50,568 nt of DNA from the NCBI GenBank assembly GCA_032718475.1, contig JAUCBJ010000323.1, forward strand, positions 1 through 50,568, written 5' to 3'. Origin of the DNA: Nemertoderma westbladi. Lineage: Eukaryota > Animalia > Xenacoelomorpha. Shown piece by piece: positions 1 to 12,005 of this stretch. The position numbers and the translations under genes are program-made. The number at the start of each line of letters is the position of its first letter. Position 1 is the stretch's first letter. A model generated the notes under the pieces. It worked only from the letters and a program-made list of their open reading frames with translations, had not been told where the DNA came from and ran no database searches.

Positions 1-816
1 GTTATGTTCCCATTTTTCGCCATAACACCGGCTTTTTGGGAAGAACTCTAGTAAACTGCTTAAATTATCGAAAGTATAAACTGTTACCTTAACTAACTCA
101 CTTAATTTAACTGCATTAATCATATTGTTTGTACTGTTATTTTACTGTCAGTTATTAATTGTATCTATTTGTTGATGGAAATATTGCTCTTTGGAGAATA
201 CGGATAAATCACCCAAAATTCCCAATTTTCTTGATACACTACAGGTTAGAGAGACGGGCTATATATAACAATTGCGATTTATATTAATGTGGTGTGTATT
301 GAATCTAATGTTATTTAGTAGACCCTACATGAGTCAATTACTGCTCTCTTTATGTGTGATCAAATATACTGATGGTCGGCAGAATAGTGTGTATGATTGT
401 GATTGGTAACAAAGTATTTCCTAAAGAATACGCTTTATACTTTAATCATAAGCGGTATCGTTGCGTTTTAGTATAAGTCTTAGTTCTGTTTAAATAGATA
501 GAGCGCCACGTCCTAAAGGAACTGTTAATATTTCCCGAAAGCCAATAATATCTGTCAGGAATTAATTATTAACGATCTGTCGAATAATACAGTAAGTTTA
601 CGCTGCAACCTTACACTGCAATAATAAAATTTAAGCATCCGAATTCAGCCTCCCGGGTGTAGATCCATCGGGTGAATGATCGCGCATGGGCTGACTTCGG
701 CTAATGTTTTGCGTATTAGCATAAAATATTGTCGTATGCTAAAGGTGTTTTAATTAACTAAAAGACATATAAATTTTGGCAGGTTAAACTGCTAAAGGTC
801 TTCAAAAGCGCGAACA
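1..816 (+). mobile_element. 3' part of an LTR of the B/C Bel/Pao family (element D; 3' LTR or solo LTR) inserted into the LINE RT
   Basis: Collinear with the LTRs at 21128-21859 and ~46120-46893 (e.g. gccacgtcctaaaggaactg; ttggcaggttaaactgctaaaggtc). Ends ...gcgcgaACA at 816, exactly where LINE RT homology stops. Expected TSD is taatc (817-821). Confidence 0.85.
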
Positions 817-3343
817 TAATCTCTTGTACAGTAGACAGCGATTTGCTAATGACTACAGTTTGACCTCTGTCTGACAGGTAGGACTTGAACCAGTCTATAG
901 AACCTACACCCATCAGGCCTAACTTACCAAGCAGAATTTCGTGATCTACAGTATCGAAAGCCTTTTGTAGGTCCAACATTACCATACCAGTATATAAACC
1001 CTTTGCGTTATTACATCTAATTGTATCAGTTAAGTTAATAAGGCAGGTGTCTGTAGAATATGATTTACGAAAACCGGACTGAAGTTCATAGATCAGATTT
1101 AGCCTACTAAGATGTGCCTCCAGCTGTAGAAAAACAGAACGTTCTAGAATTTTAGATACAATACTTAAGATACTAACAGGTCTGTAATTACAGGGTTCTA
1201 CTTTACTATTCTTTTTATACAGAGGAACAACCTTAGCTAATTTCAGTTCGTCTGGTACTACATTATCTACGATAGAGTAATTAATAATAAAAGTAATAGG
1301 CACTTTAAGTACTTCAGCACCATCCTTAAGAAAACGGGCAGGTATTAGATCTAGACCGGTACTTTTTGAGGCTGATAGGCTAAGTAGATTTTTAAAAACG
1401 AAATCCTCAGAAACGGGTTTTAAAAATAACTTTTCTGAATTTTGTAACTTTTCTAAATAAAAATTATTTAGAGTTTCGGACCCTATACTATATTTATTAC
1501 TTGATAACGGTAATTTCTTAACTAAATTAGAGGCAACATTAGTAAAATAATTATTAAATAAATTACTAACTAGAGTATGATCATGAATCAGCTCACCGTT
1601 ATCTTGCAGAACAATATTCGATTTAGATTTAAGGTTTTTATAACCTAAAGATTTTAGGGTAGACCATAGACTTTTTGGATTATCTTTATTCTCACTTATT
1701 TTGTTGTACAAATATTCAGATTTAGCTTTTTTTATTTCCCGTTGGACAAGGTTTCTATATTTGCAGTAATTATTATAATCAGCTAAAACACGGTATTTCC
1801 TAAATTTATACAAATAGTTATCTCTTTCTCTGATATTACTAAGAATACCCGAGGTCATCCAGGGCTCAGTGCGTTGTTTAAGACTAATTTCTTTAATTGG
1901 TGCTACAGTATTAAGTGCCTTTAAAAATATATCTTTAAAAACAGTGTACGCAAGGTTAATGTCAGCGGCCTTAAAACAGGGTTCCCAGTCAGAATTAACT
2001 AACAAACTTAAAAAGCGTTCCTTGCTGTAATTTTTCATAGACCTAACTGTTACTGTTTTATGATCCCCGAAAAAAGATTTGTGTGTCTTTCTTGTGCAAA
2101 AAACTATAAAATGATCGCTTAGACCTATAGGTAAAACCCCAGATTGAGAAATAATATTGGTATTATTACAAAGGATGTGGTCTAGTAAAGTAGAAGTTTT
2201 ACTAGTAATTCTGGTAGAATCTCGAATAATTTGTTTTAAACCAAACAAATTTAAAATACTTTGGTACTGTTTACAGATGGGGGATGCTTTGTGATGGTAA
2301 CAGATATTAAAATCACCTAAGAAATATATTTCACAGTTTGACCTAAGATTACATAAAATTGTATTTTCAAAATTTTGCAAAAAATCTGATTGTTTAGGGG
2401 GCCGATATAAAGTACCGATTAAAATAGGTTTAGTTTTAGGAAGTAAAAGTTCCACCAGTAAAACTTCGTCACAAGTCTCTAAATCTTCCCTACGATTAAA
2501 CGCCAAATCACATCGAATGTAAGTACAGACACCACCACCGTGTCTGTCCCTATCCTTACGTAAAACTACGTAATTATCAATATAAATTTCTCCATCAGAA
2601 ACACTATCATCGAGCCAAGTTTCAGAGATTGTTAAAACTGCTGGGTTGGATTTATTGATTAAAATACGAATTTCGGAAAGTTTTGGAAGCAGAGATCGTG
2701 CGTTTAAGTGCAAAAAATGCAGACCTTTTTTCTTAAAAAAATTAAAAGTTTCACTCTCAGCATCACTTGGAGTTTGCAGAGGCGATGTGAGAAATGAATC
2801 GTCGGTTTCTGATTCTAAAATTGTATCATGAAAGGGAAGTTCGGTAAAAATACAGCTATTGCAGAGAAAACTTGGTTCAAGATTGTTTCTGGTGGAGAAT
2901 AAATTACTGCGTTTCCTACGGTAACATTTTAAATGTACAAATGTGTCACAACTCTCGCATTGGACGATCTTACTCCGAGAGTTTGTTCCTCGTTGACAGA
3001 CGGGACAGTTGATCTTCGGGGCCCGCGTCCTGCTGGGTCCTGGGTTGGTCTCAATATCCCCAGCCAGAGACAGTAGACAGAGTTTAGCGATTAGGCCTCT
3101 AGATCGTGGAGAGGTGACCCAAGATCTTCTTCCCCGACGAGAGCAGTAGAGGCTAAATCCACTCGTCGACCACATATCCGTCGATTCGGCGCGGCAGTTC
3201 GAAACGGTAGCGACAGGGTGTTCCGCAAACCAGTCCAATACGGGTATTGGGTGGGTTGCAGGGTTACCCCGCGGATCGGATGGTTCTGCCACAACGAAAC
3301 GACCCAGAACGATGAAAACTGTGGAGATTAAGAGCGGGGACAT
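817..3343 (-). CDS. LINE polyprotein: ~100-aa leader, 2A-like peptide, PHD finger, APE endonuclease, N-terminal half of RT (interrupted)
   Basis: 2A: [17 protein letters not shown]: CPVC..QCESC..H..C..CNSC. APE: HLNARSL, ISETWL, YRPP, GDFN, LDHI, SDH. RT: [33 protein letters not shown]. Stops just before the expected GVPQGS motif; the last ~19 aa of the ORF-track protein are read from the inserted LTR. Confidence 0.9.
3035..3100 (-). other. 2A-like ribosomal skipping (StopGo) peptide
   Basis: Encodes ..[17 protein letters not shown], matching the D(V/I)ExNPGP consensus with a Leu-rich upstream segment. Confidence 0.9.
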
Positions 3344-3485
3344 TGTGCTGTCTGGCTGTAGTCTGACTCAGGGATAAAAACTGTATAGGCCTAGTACCGG
3401 TATCTTTCTTGGTCTTATTGTCGGCAGGCCTACAGCTCTACATACTCTGCATATCTCTATCATTATTATATCGACATATCTCGTC

Positions 3486-3738
3486 ATTATTTGTCAGGAG
3501 TGATTTTACTTTCTCTATGCAACGTGTGCGGCCTGGGGTTGTGTTGCTGTTACGTATGGCGCGTTGTAAAGCAGCTTTGGCTGTGTTAGTAATCATATTG
3601 CGGTTGCGGGGGTGATGGCTGCGATAGTTTAGTATAATACCCACATTGCTGGGTTTAACATACAGTTCGAAATCGATATGGCCGTGGTCATTGACCGTTG
3701 TTAAAACGTCTAAAAGGGGAGACTAGAGTAAGACTTCT
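3486..3738 (-). pseudogene. Fragment of a Penelope-like element RT C-terminal (thumb) region
   Basis: Minus-strand translation PLLDVLTTVNDHGHIDFELYVKPSNVGIILNYRSHHP...RAIRNS...KSLLTNN resembles the PLE pattern LPFLDV...YRKPT...L.Y.S.HP...RA...L..NGY. Confidence 0.7.
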
Positions 3739-4148
3739 TGTAAAGGCTTTTGCGGATCTAGCTAGTTATTTTCCCCGCAAAGTACTCTGTAGGTGTTTTA
3801 ACGGACATAAAAAGCCGTTTCCTTACTGTACCGGTGTTTTAGTGGACATAAAAAGCCATTTCTTCTGTATGTGTACTTTAGCGGACATAACTAGCGATCT
3901 TATGTCGCAATAATCCAAAATCCTCTTGATACAGTGTAGTTACCATGACGACATCTAACAGCTGATATGTACACGTGTAACTTTTTCTTTGTTCTTTGTT
4001 CGTTCTTTGTTCGGTCGACCAATCAGAGCGTTTTTTGACTCTGTGTTGGAGATTGTATACAGAAACTCATGCAATTCAGTCAGTATGTGTATTTTGTCCA
4101 CAGCCAGAAGACCGGCTTTGGAATTTCTGTGTTTCAGGCTTTAGCCAA
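3739..4148 (+). repeat. Element B 5' LTR, first part
   Basis: Near-identical to 44651-45060. Confidence 0.9.
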
Positions 4149-4277
4149 TATAGAATTATATTCCCTAAATGCCGTGGATTTTCAAAATTTTATTTTATTC
4201 GAATCAACTTTGCTAAAAGATTACATTGAGTCCTCATTTGTATTTGCTATTCCTATTTGAACGGTGATTAGTCAAGT

Positions 4278-4362
4278 GGTTCAGTAGCTCAGTCGGTAGA
4301 GCGTTGGAAATTATATGTAGTGTGTATTGAGTTCGAATCCTAGTAGGTGCGAATTATTTTTT
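4278..4362 (+). ncRNA. tRNA-derived Pol III-type unit in the A LTR (A box, B box, T-run); second copy at 19358-19442
   Basis: TAGCTCAGTCGGTAGAGC (A box with intact D-arm) at 4285, GTTCGAATCC (B box) at 4331, TTTTTT at 4357-4362. Acceptor and anticodon stems do not pair, so it is not a functional tRNA. Confidence 0.65.
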
Positions 4363-4429
4363 GTGCAGAATTTCAACTCATTTAAATTGACCGCTACAAA
4401 TTAATTGCATTTGCTCGAAGTAAGATTAA

Positions 4430-4580
4430 CCAATGAGACTGTAGTTATTAGATTGTAACCAATGTCGTACAAGTTATATATTTGCTGGACCAATAGCTAT
4501 CTTTAAAAACCTGTTAGAACCTATAGAACAATCGAGAATTTTCTCGATTGATTGCAGCACAAATTTGCTATATAAAGGTG
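4430..4580 (+). promoter_or_regulatory. Putative Pol II promoter in the A LTR: three CCAAT boxes ~30 bp apart plus a TATA box
   Basis: ccaat at ~4430, ~4459 and ~4490; tatataaa at 4569. Confidence 0.45.
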
Positions 4581-6043
4581 CGATTTCGTTCATTAGTTAT
4601 ATATTCTTATATCTCAGTTATCTATCGTATACATCACTATTACTTCTATTCTGTTTATTGTATAATAGTCATTGTTTGATTTTGTAATAAAAGTTAGAAA
4701 TACTTGTCACATCTGCCCTTTTCTATCTGTTTTATCATGCTTCACCACGGTGAACTCAATTGAGGGACAGGATGGCTGGCTAGACATTGGGCCACAGCAA
4801 TGAACGGGAACATCAACTGAATGTAGACAGGAGACAACCCGCAATATCACTCTTAGTTATTCGCCCATCGCCTGAAAGGTTAGACAGCGTTCGATGCCTT
4901 GCTACCTAAGTATAAGACCAAAGATCGAAGGTAGAAGTAGTGACACGCTGTACGCCTAAAATTACATCTAGGGACTGTACTGTTTTAATTCAGGAAAAAA
5001 CCGCAGTAGACCTTCATATTCCTACGGGGGGAGAGCAGGCAGAGATACTAGTACGCAGATAGGACGTAGGCACACCGGTACAAAGCATACACATTGGTAG
5101 GGTGCAGCAAACTGTACGCCTAACTCTTGCTAAGTACAGGTGCGTCTGCGACTATTTGTAGTACAACGGTGTCCATTGCATTAGAACTTGTAGGCTAGGA
5201 GGGTTACTGTGTTTCACCTGAATTAGGATTGTACCGTTCAGGCGGTAGGGCAGTTTATGACTGGGCGCAAATAAATTGAGGCTATTTTGGGATACTAACA
5301 TCTACCGTGTCCCCGCCGACATCCTGATAGGAAGTTACCAGCCCACCTAGGTAACCAAAATTCTAGATAGGACGCCAGGCTAGCTATTAGTAACCGTACG
5401 GCTACTGTAGTAAACTAACACATTTCTTCTTAGTATTAGGGACCTGGTAAAATAAAATTGCCGAATTCTGGGCGTAGCATTAACCTTATGCCTGAATTTG
5501 AGTCCTGGAAATACGCAAGAGGGGAAGGAGCCTTATCATTCATGAGTATTGGACCTACAAGTTACAAAATTAGAATATTCGTAAAATGCACACCGTACCC
5601 AGTAATTATATATATGAAGGAGCAAAACTGATCTTGACGGTTCAGAATTAACACACGCGCGTTAGAAATTATTTACACCTCAAAATATATAAAAATTAAC
5701 TTTTGTCCGTACTGCGCTTTGCCCGCTAGTTAGACATCTCCAAATCTCTGCACCTAGCTAGCGTCTCTTTCGCCCAACCATATAAATCACACCGCGGCAA
5801 AGTATACGAGCCCCTTAGTCCGTCAGTGAGTCAGCCTGATTTTAGGATTCGCTGCGCGGGATTTGTTTTATCGAAGTTTGTCTGCTCGTAGACTGTTTTC
5901 TGCCTCACCGGTTATAAGGGACCAATACTGCAATATATTCGCTTACTTGGAGTTTACTGTTTTGGTGAGAAGGTCGGATTTATGATTTGATTCACAAACT
6001 TTACAGTAAGATATTGCAGGTATTGTTACTGTCTCTTCAAATA

Positions 6044-6054
6044 GTAGGAATATG
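6044..6054 (+). promoter_or_regulatory. Element A primer-binding site, non-tRNA type, complementary to LTR 5015-5025
   Basis: gtaggaatatg abuts the LTR end; its reverse complement catattcctac is at 5015-5025. No TGG. Confidence 0.75.
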
Positions 6055-8681
6055 TTTTACTGAACTACGGTTCGGTAGGACTAAAGTTATTTGAAAATTT
6101 TGTATTTTGAGGTAAAAATTTATATTTGATTAGCTAAGTGCTAATTTTTTGAAATAAAATTTGATTTGAACCGCGTGTAAAATATTTTGGAATTGAATAC
6201 CAGTGTTTAAAAAGGGTTTAAATACCATATTGTACCGGTACAAAATTTTCGTAAAAGTAAAACCTAACTCTTTTGTTTTTTCAGGATTCAGAGCTCATTT
6301 CTAGACTGTAACGGGAGCAAGACCGTGTTTAGCAAGTTTGGGAGATAGATAACTCAACAACTTTGGTTGGGATAATCGCACTTCGTCCGCAACGCTGGAA
6401 ATGGAAAAGTTCACGTCCGGTTTGTATCTGGGAATCTGTTTTTCTGGAGAATTATTGGAGTGGGTGAGTTCGAAAAGTTGCATAAATAAGTTAGGCATTA
6501 CCGTATTAGTTAAAATTTATTGTGGGTTCCACTGTCTCAAGTATTTATGCATTCCGTACGATTTCTTTGTTCATTGCTGAATTAGTCCGTATTATTGTAT
6601 TTAATTTACCTTTTGATAACGCATATCGTTATCCGATTTATTTGTTATAAAATTGGCCGCTAGACTAATTTTATTATATACTTATTCCGTGACATTTATT
6701 TGCTGTAAAATTGGCCGTTTAGGCTAATTTTATCCATCTGCTATAAAATCGGCTGGTAGGCTAATTTTATATGACTGTAATTAATACCGTTTTGATATAA
6801 ATACGGTAAATTTGATACTTTGGCACTCACTTTACTTGACTTACAACTACCGAAATGAGTGACAAACAAGACTATACGAAGAATACACCTACCGACTATG
6901 ACTCATGTGACGGAGATAAGTCAGCAGCGGAAGAACTACAGGGGAATACTCGCGAGCCTACCGAACCTACACCGTGTGCGTCACCAGTACATCCAACGGG
7001 AGTACCGGATGCCGTAGTACGAGGCGACGGCAGGACCGAGGACTTTCTAACTGTTCCGCAACCTAGATACAGGGAAACGGACATGGTAAGTTCAGTAGGA
7101 AGCCAGGAGAGTGTGGTTAGAAGCGTCGGAGGATACATGGCGCATATTACCAGGAGTATTGGGGAAGGCCAACGCATATTAGACGAGTTAACCGCTCCGA
7201 TGTCTCGATTCGAGTTCTACACCCTCCAGGTTAGAGTACAAAGTAGAGTACATAAGTCCGTAGATAACCTTATCAGTCTACAAGATCTAGCTAGACAGAG
7301 ACAGGATATGGACACTCAGCTTAGAATCCTCGAGAAGTTAACGATCGTCAGGGAGAAACTAATTCAGTTTAAGTCGACGATTAGGCAGATACAACAGGAA
7401 CAAGCGGACCAGTTGTTAGGTGAGTCAGTTTCGGACGAATTATTGCAACCCAAGGAAGAACAGGAACTGTATAGGCTAGATGGACAATTGAAACACCTGA
7501 CGGATCACTTACGCATGTGCGGTGAGGACGTCGGAGATTGGGAAACCGTGCCGGAGGCTACGAGGGAAACTTCACTCGCACAAATCGAACTGGCACCGGG
7601 GACACTAGATCAATCACTGGTGAGTATTCGCAGCGAAATTGGCGAGGTGAGTATGGCTACGTCAGAAATTGCTCGACAACAGCAGCTCTACAGACAACAA
7701 CAGGAGATGGAGGAACAAACTCAACTGCTAATGGCACAAGCAGCCGTACAAGAAGAGAAACTACGCGTTGCGAATGTTGCAAGAATCTCTCATCTGCAAG
7801 AACAAGCCGAGTTGGAAGCAGCCGAGATGGAAAGGTTAGAGTTGGACATTGCGCAACAAACGGCGGCAGCGGCAGCGGCTGAGTTAGAGCGACAAGCGGC
7901 GGCGGCAGCGGCAGCGGCAGCGGCTGAGTTAGAGCGACAAGCGGTAGTGGCTGAGTTAGAGCGACAAGCGGCGGCGGCAGTGGCAGCGGCTGAGTTAGAG
8001 CGACAAGCGGTAGTTTCAGAAGCGAGAGCCGAGATGAAAAAACGGCAAATAAAGGCTCAATCAGCTATACGACAAGCGGAGTTCGAGGCGCAACAACAAC
8101 AGACGGAACAACGCGAGAAAGAACTTAAACTTCATTTCGAACTCGAGAAGAAGGCGAGAGAATTAGCCAACGCGAAGGAAGATCTAGATCTACAAGCCCG
8201 TGATCGATCGATGAGATCTCGAGACGGACACGATTTAGACCGGTTAGAGGTAAGACACCGCCAAATTCAGGAACGAATGAAGGAAGGTTCGATAGGAGCA
8301 CCTGGGCGGGAACGACAATTAGTTAAAGACTTATGTCAAAGATTCCCTCAGGTAACTCCTATGTTTGCACCGATTACGACTAAGGAACCTGTTTCAATTG
8401 CTGGTAGTAGTAACATTTCTCCTATTCATGGTGCGACGGAACACAGGTTTGTTATTCCGGACAAGTTTACACCGCCAAGAGCAACGTCATCGCCTATTCC
8501 GAAAGTCAAGGTAAGTAACCCACCGATTACAGATCGTAGTAGTTTGTTGACTGGACCTGCACTACTGACGACTAAACAGGTGAGTCAACCTTCGACACCT
8601 AAACCTGTTACACACTACGCTTACCCAATGACGTTTAGGCCTACAAGGCCTTTAGATCCAAACGCTGTCATTCGACCACCG

Positions 8682-9088
8682 AACCAGTTTACATCGCAAT
8701 CTACGACTTCGAGGAAGACTTGTGAGCCTACCGAACAACGGAGACCAGTGGATACGCGACCGTTCAACCAGTTTACATCGCAATCTACGACTTCGAGGAA
8801 GACTTGTGAGCCTACCGAACAACGGAGACCAGTGGATACGCGACCGTTCAACCAGTTTACATCGCAATCTACGACTTCGAGGAAGACTTGTGAGCCTACC
8901 GAACAATGGAGACCAGTGGATACGTGACCGTTCAACCAGTTTACATCGCAATCTACGACTTCGAGGAAGACTTGTGAGCCTACCGAACAACGGAGACCAG
9001 TGGATACGCGACCGTTCAACCAGTTTACATCGCAATCTACGACTTCGAGGAAGACTTGTGAGCCTACCGAACAACGGAAACCAGTAGA
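8682..9088 (+). repeat. 84-bp tandem repeat (~5 copies) in A gag
   Basis: Unit encodes NQFTSQSTTSRKTCEPTEQRRPVDTRPF; ggaagact recurs at 8713, 8797, 8881, 8965 and 9049. Confidence 0.95.
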
Positions 9089-12005
9089 CGATGTTCCGAA
9101 ACGGAATGTTAGAATTCGAACGACACAACGGACGCGAGCACGTCGACCACCGTATACTGGTGACAGTAGTACTTCAAGCGAGTCGGATTACCCGAAACGC
9201 GAGGTATTTAGAACAGGAGCGGCCGACGAATATAAACGTGAGCATTCAGATAACTCCTTTATCGATAATCCTCCACAAAATACACCAACACAGAAAGCGT
9301 TACAACCAACGGACGCAATTAGTACGCAACAACTCGCCGAAATAATGCGCCCAGTTGTCAACAAGATGGCCCAGATAGAGGAACGTTTAGAAGAAACTCA
9401 AACCGATAGTTCGCGAGGTAACGAGTTCGAACACTCTAGACACCCGAAGCAGCAAAGAAAACAACCCTCGAGAAACACTTCGTATCAAGGAAAAGCGCCA
9501 AGACGAGAGAACATCAACTCGATTGCCAACCAAGGACGCGAAACTTTGAACGTGGCCGAGGAGATAGCGAAATTCGCAGCGAGACAAGGTTTACCGGTAC
9601 AACAACCACCGAAGTTTTCAGGTAACTCGAAACATTGGCACACCTTTGTAGACTACATCGAGACACAAATAGCAGCGTGCGCCTTTACATCGAGGGAGAA
9701 ATTCAACTACCTGCTACAAACACTGCACTGACGGGAGAACCGAAATGTCTAGCGGAAACCTTTGTCGGTGTACCAGATGCCTTCGAACTAGCGTATGATC
9801 GCTTAACTTCGATTTACGGAGGCACGGTGAGTATGGCTAAGTCAGTGATAGAAGAACTCTGTAAGGGGGGGGCTATAACAAAACCCGTTGACTTACTAAA
9901 ATTAGCTGACGAGATTAAGAACGCCATTACTACACTACACTCGATTGGACAACTTGACTACGCGAACACTCCGACAGTTCTATTAAAAATAATAGGAAGA
10001 TTACACCATCGACTTCGTCGGGAGTGGCGAAAGATAGAATATCAGCGAGAAGAGAGAGGCGGATTCTTGAAGTTGGAAGACGTCTACTTACTGATATCCA
10101 GAGAGGCAGTCGTTGAGACGCGTTCGAACTATACGGACCAACATATCGTGGTGGAGGGAATAACATTACCATCCTCGAACCGACAAAAACCCCAAACAAC
10201 ATCCACCAAGATGGTTACTTACGCCACATCGACCGACACCCGACAATTTTCGGACAATAATAAGGTATCCGCACCAATCGGAACCAAACAGATCCGACAG
10301 CAACTGACCACAGACTTTAGCGGGTGCCAATATTGCGAACGACTAGGTAAACGACATACTGGCCATAAACTGAGAGGTTGTCGACTATTCCGCGAATTGA
10401 ACTCGGAGGAACGACGATTACAAATACGACCATTGGACTCTTGTTGGCGGTGTACGCTACATGGACATGTCCGTAAGGACTGCCCAAATACGGACACCTG
10501 TCCTTCTTGTGGACGCAACCACGACGGCTTGCTACATACCGACAGTCATACGCCGACCAAACGCTTCACCAGGGAACACCCGGAAGCTGCAGCAAGATGC
10601 AACACAGCATACAAGGGTCGAGAGTCGAAAACAACACCGACATTCGTGACGCACATTAGAGATTGTTTCTCGGAACAATCAGGATCGTCAGACGAAGAGT
10701 CGGAAGACGACGACGTTTACTTTGATACTGGAGACGAACAACCATCGATTGCGCTTCTGACGCCTGATCAATTAAAGGGGTTTAGTATAATTCCTGTCAA
10801 GATTACTGGCACAAAAGGGAGCAAGAGGATCTACGCTATCCTGGATTCAGCCTCATCTCATAGCTACGTGGATGAGAAAGTAGCTGACGTTGTGACGGAT
10901 CTCCGACAAGGTAAGAATGTCAGTTACACCGTAAGTAGTATGCATGGACAACGTGCAATACCAGTGACACGAGTTAAGTTGAACTTAGACACTCTTCTTC
11001 CGAAATCGCAACATAGCGAAAAGGAGAGGTCTTTGTTACCCTTTAAGGATTTAACCTTTGCGGCCACAAAGGACTTTAGTAACCTACTAGGTCCTGTCCC
11101 AGAACAATCCTTGGAGGACCGTAAGTACTTCAGACACCTTGGTGTACCTGAATGTCCTGTCAATTATAGATCGGTAGCAATGCTGATCGGGACAGATCAA
11201 TTCAACCTACATCAAGTGTGGGAAACCAGACCATCGGCAGTCGTAGCGGGAAACGCATACGCCTGTAGAACGCCGATAGGGTGGTATACTCGAGCGCCTG
11301 TGCGCACACTGGATATAAGTGACGAGGAAGACGATATACAAAGTACATGTAGTTTATTAACTACAACTTCGACTCATTCCTTTTCACACGACGTAGACTA
11401 TACTACACTACAGTCAAGTTCGACAAAACATGACACGACATGTGTAGCTAGTATGATAAGTCACAAGGAGCAGCTAACCCACCAGGTGAGTTTAGAACTT
11501 GAGGAGAAGACGAGTCAGCCAGAGATTCCATCGACGACAGATCATAACGCCGGAAGGCTTGCGAGTCTACCTACACCAATAACCTCAACAATGCCCGTCG
11601 ATATCGATGACGACGCGTTAAGAAATCATCAAGTGGAACAAGCTGCATTGGACAAAGAATTAACGGAGAAGACTATCAGGTGGTTAGAACAAGATACAGC
11701 TGAACCTGGTAGCTACGAACCATGTATGTCAGAACAAGAGAAACAATCTTTGAAGATCATGGAAGATACTATCCGCCAGACGAAAGACGGACATTATGAG
11801 GTAGGGATGCTATGGTGTAACCAACGTCCTAAACTTATAAATAACTATCCGCTAGCCTTAAGACGTTTACACTCAATACGACAACGTCTATTAAAGGACG
11901 AGAAAGCCCATCTGCAGTATAATACTCAGATGGAGACGTATTTGACCAAAGGATACGCTATCCGAATGACTAACCCAGAGATAGTGACTGACCAGAAAAT
12001 ACTAC

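Larger units (their letters stand above)
817..3485 (-). mobile_element. CR1/L2-group non-LTR retrotransposon with a single ORF; its 3' part is displaced out of the window by the LTR insertion
   Basis: ORF 758..3343 domains (see CDS). The 5' boundary is approximate, set where Penelope-like homology ends. Confidence 0.8.
4149..6043 (+). repeat. Element A 5' LTR (1895 bp, TAT...ATA termini)
   Basis: Direct repeat of 19229-21122 with only scattered substitutions. Confidence 0.95.

Noticed and set aside
758-816. Natural C-terminus of the LINE ORF
   Set aside because: These codons derive from the inserted LTR; the RT is interrupted, not complete.
4278-4352. Functional tRNA gene
   Set aside because: Only the D-arm and T-loop are tRNA-like; the acceptor, anticodon and T stems do not pair.
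5026-5160. Self-cleaving ribozyme releasing the A primer
   Set aside because: The region can form stems (tagtacgcaga/tctgcgacta), but I could not identify hammerhead, HDV or twister cores by eye; an Infernal search would be needed.
6058-6068. Pairing of the tRNA-like unit's 5' end (gtggttcagta) with tactgaactac as a primer
   Set aside because: It is not adjacent to the LTR end, it uses the RNA's 5' end, and the site is better explained by a local UNCG hairpin.
8682-9088. CRISPR-like array
   Set aside because: Near-identical 84-bp coding units with no unique spacers and no cas genes; eukaryotic TE context.
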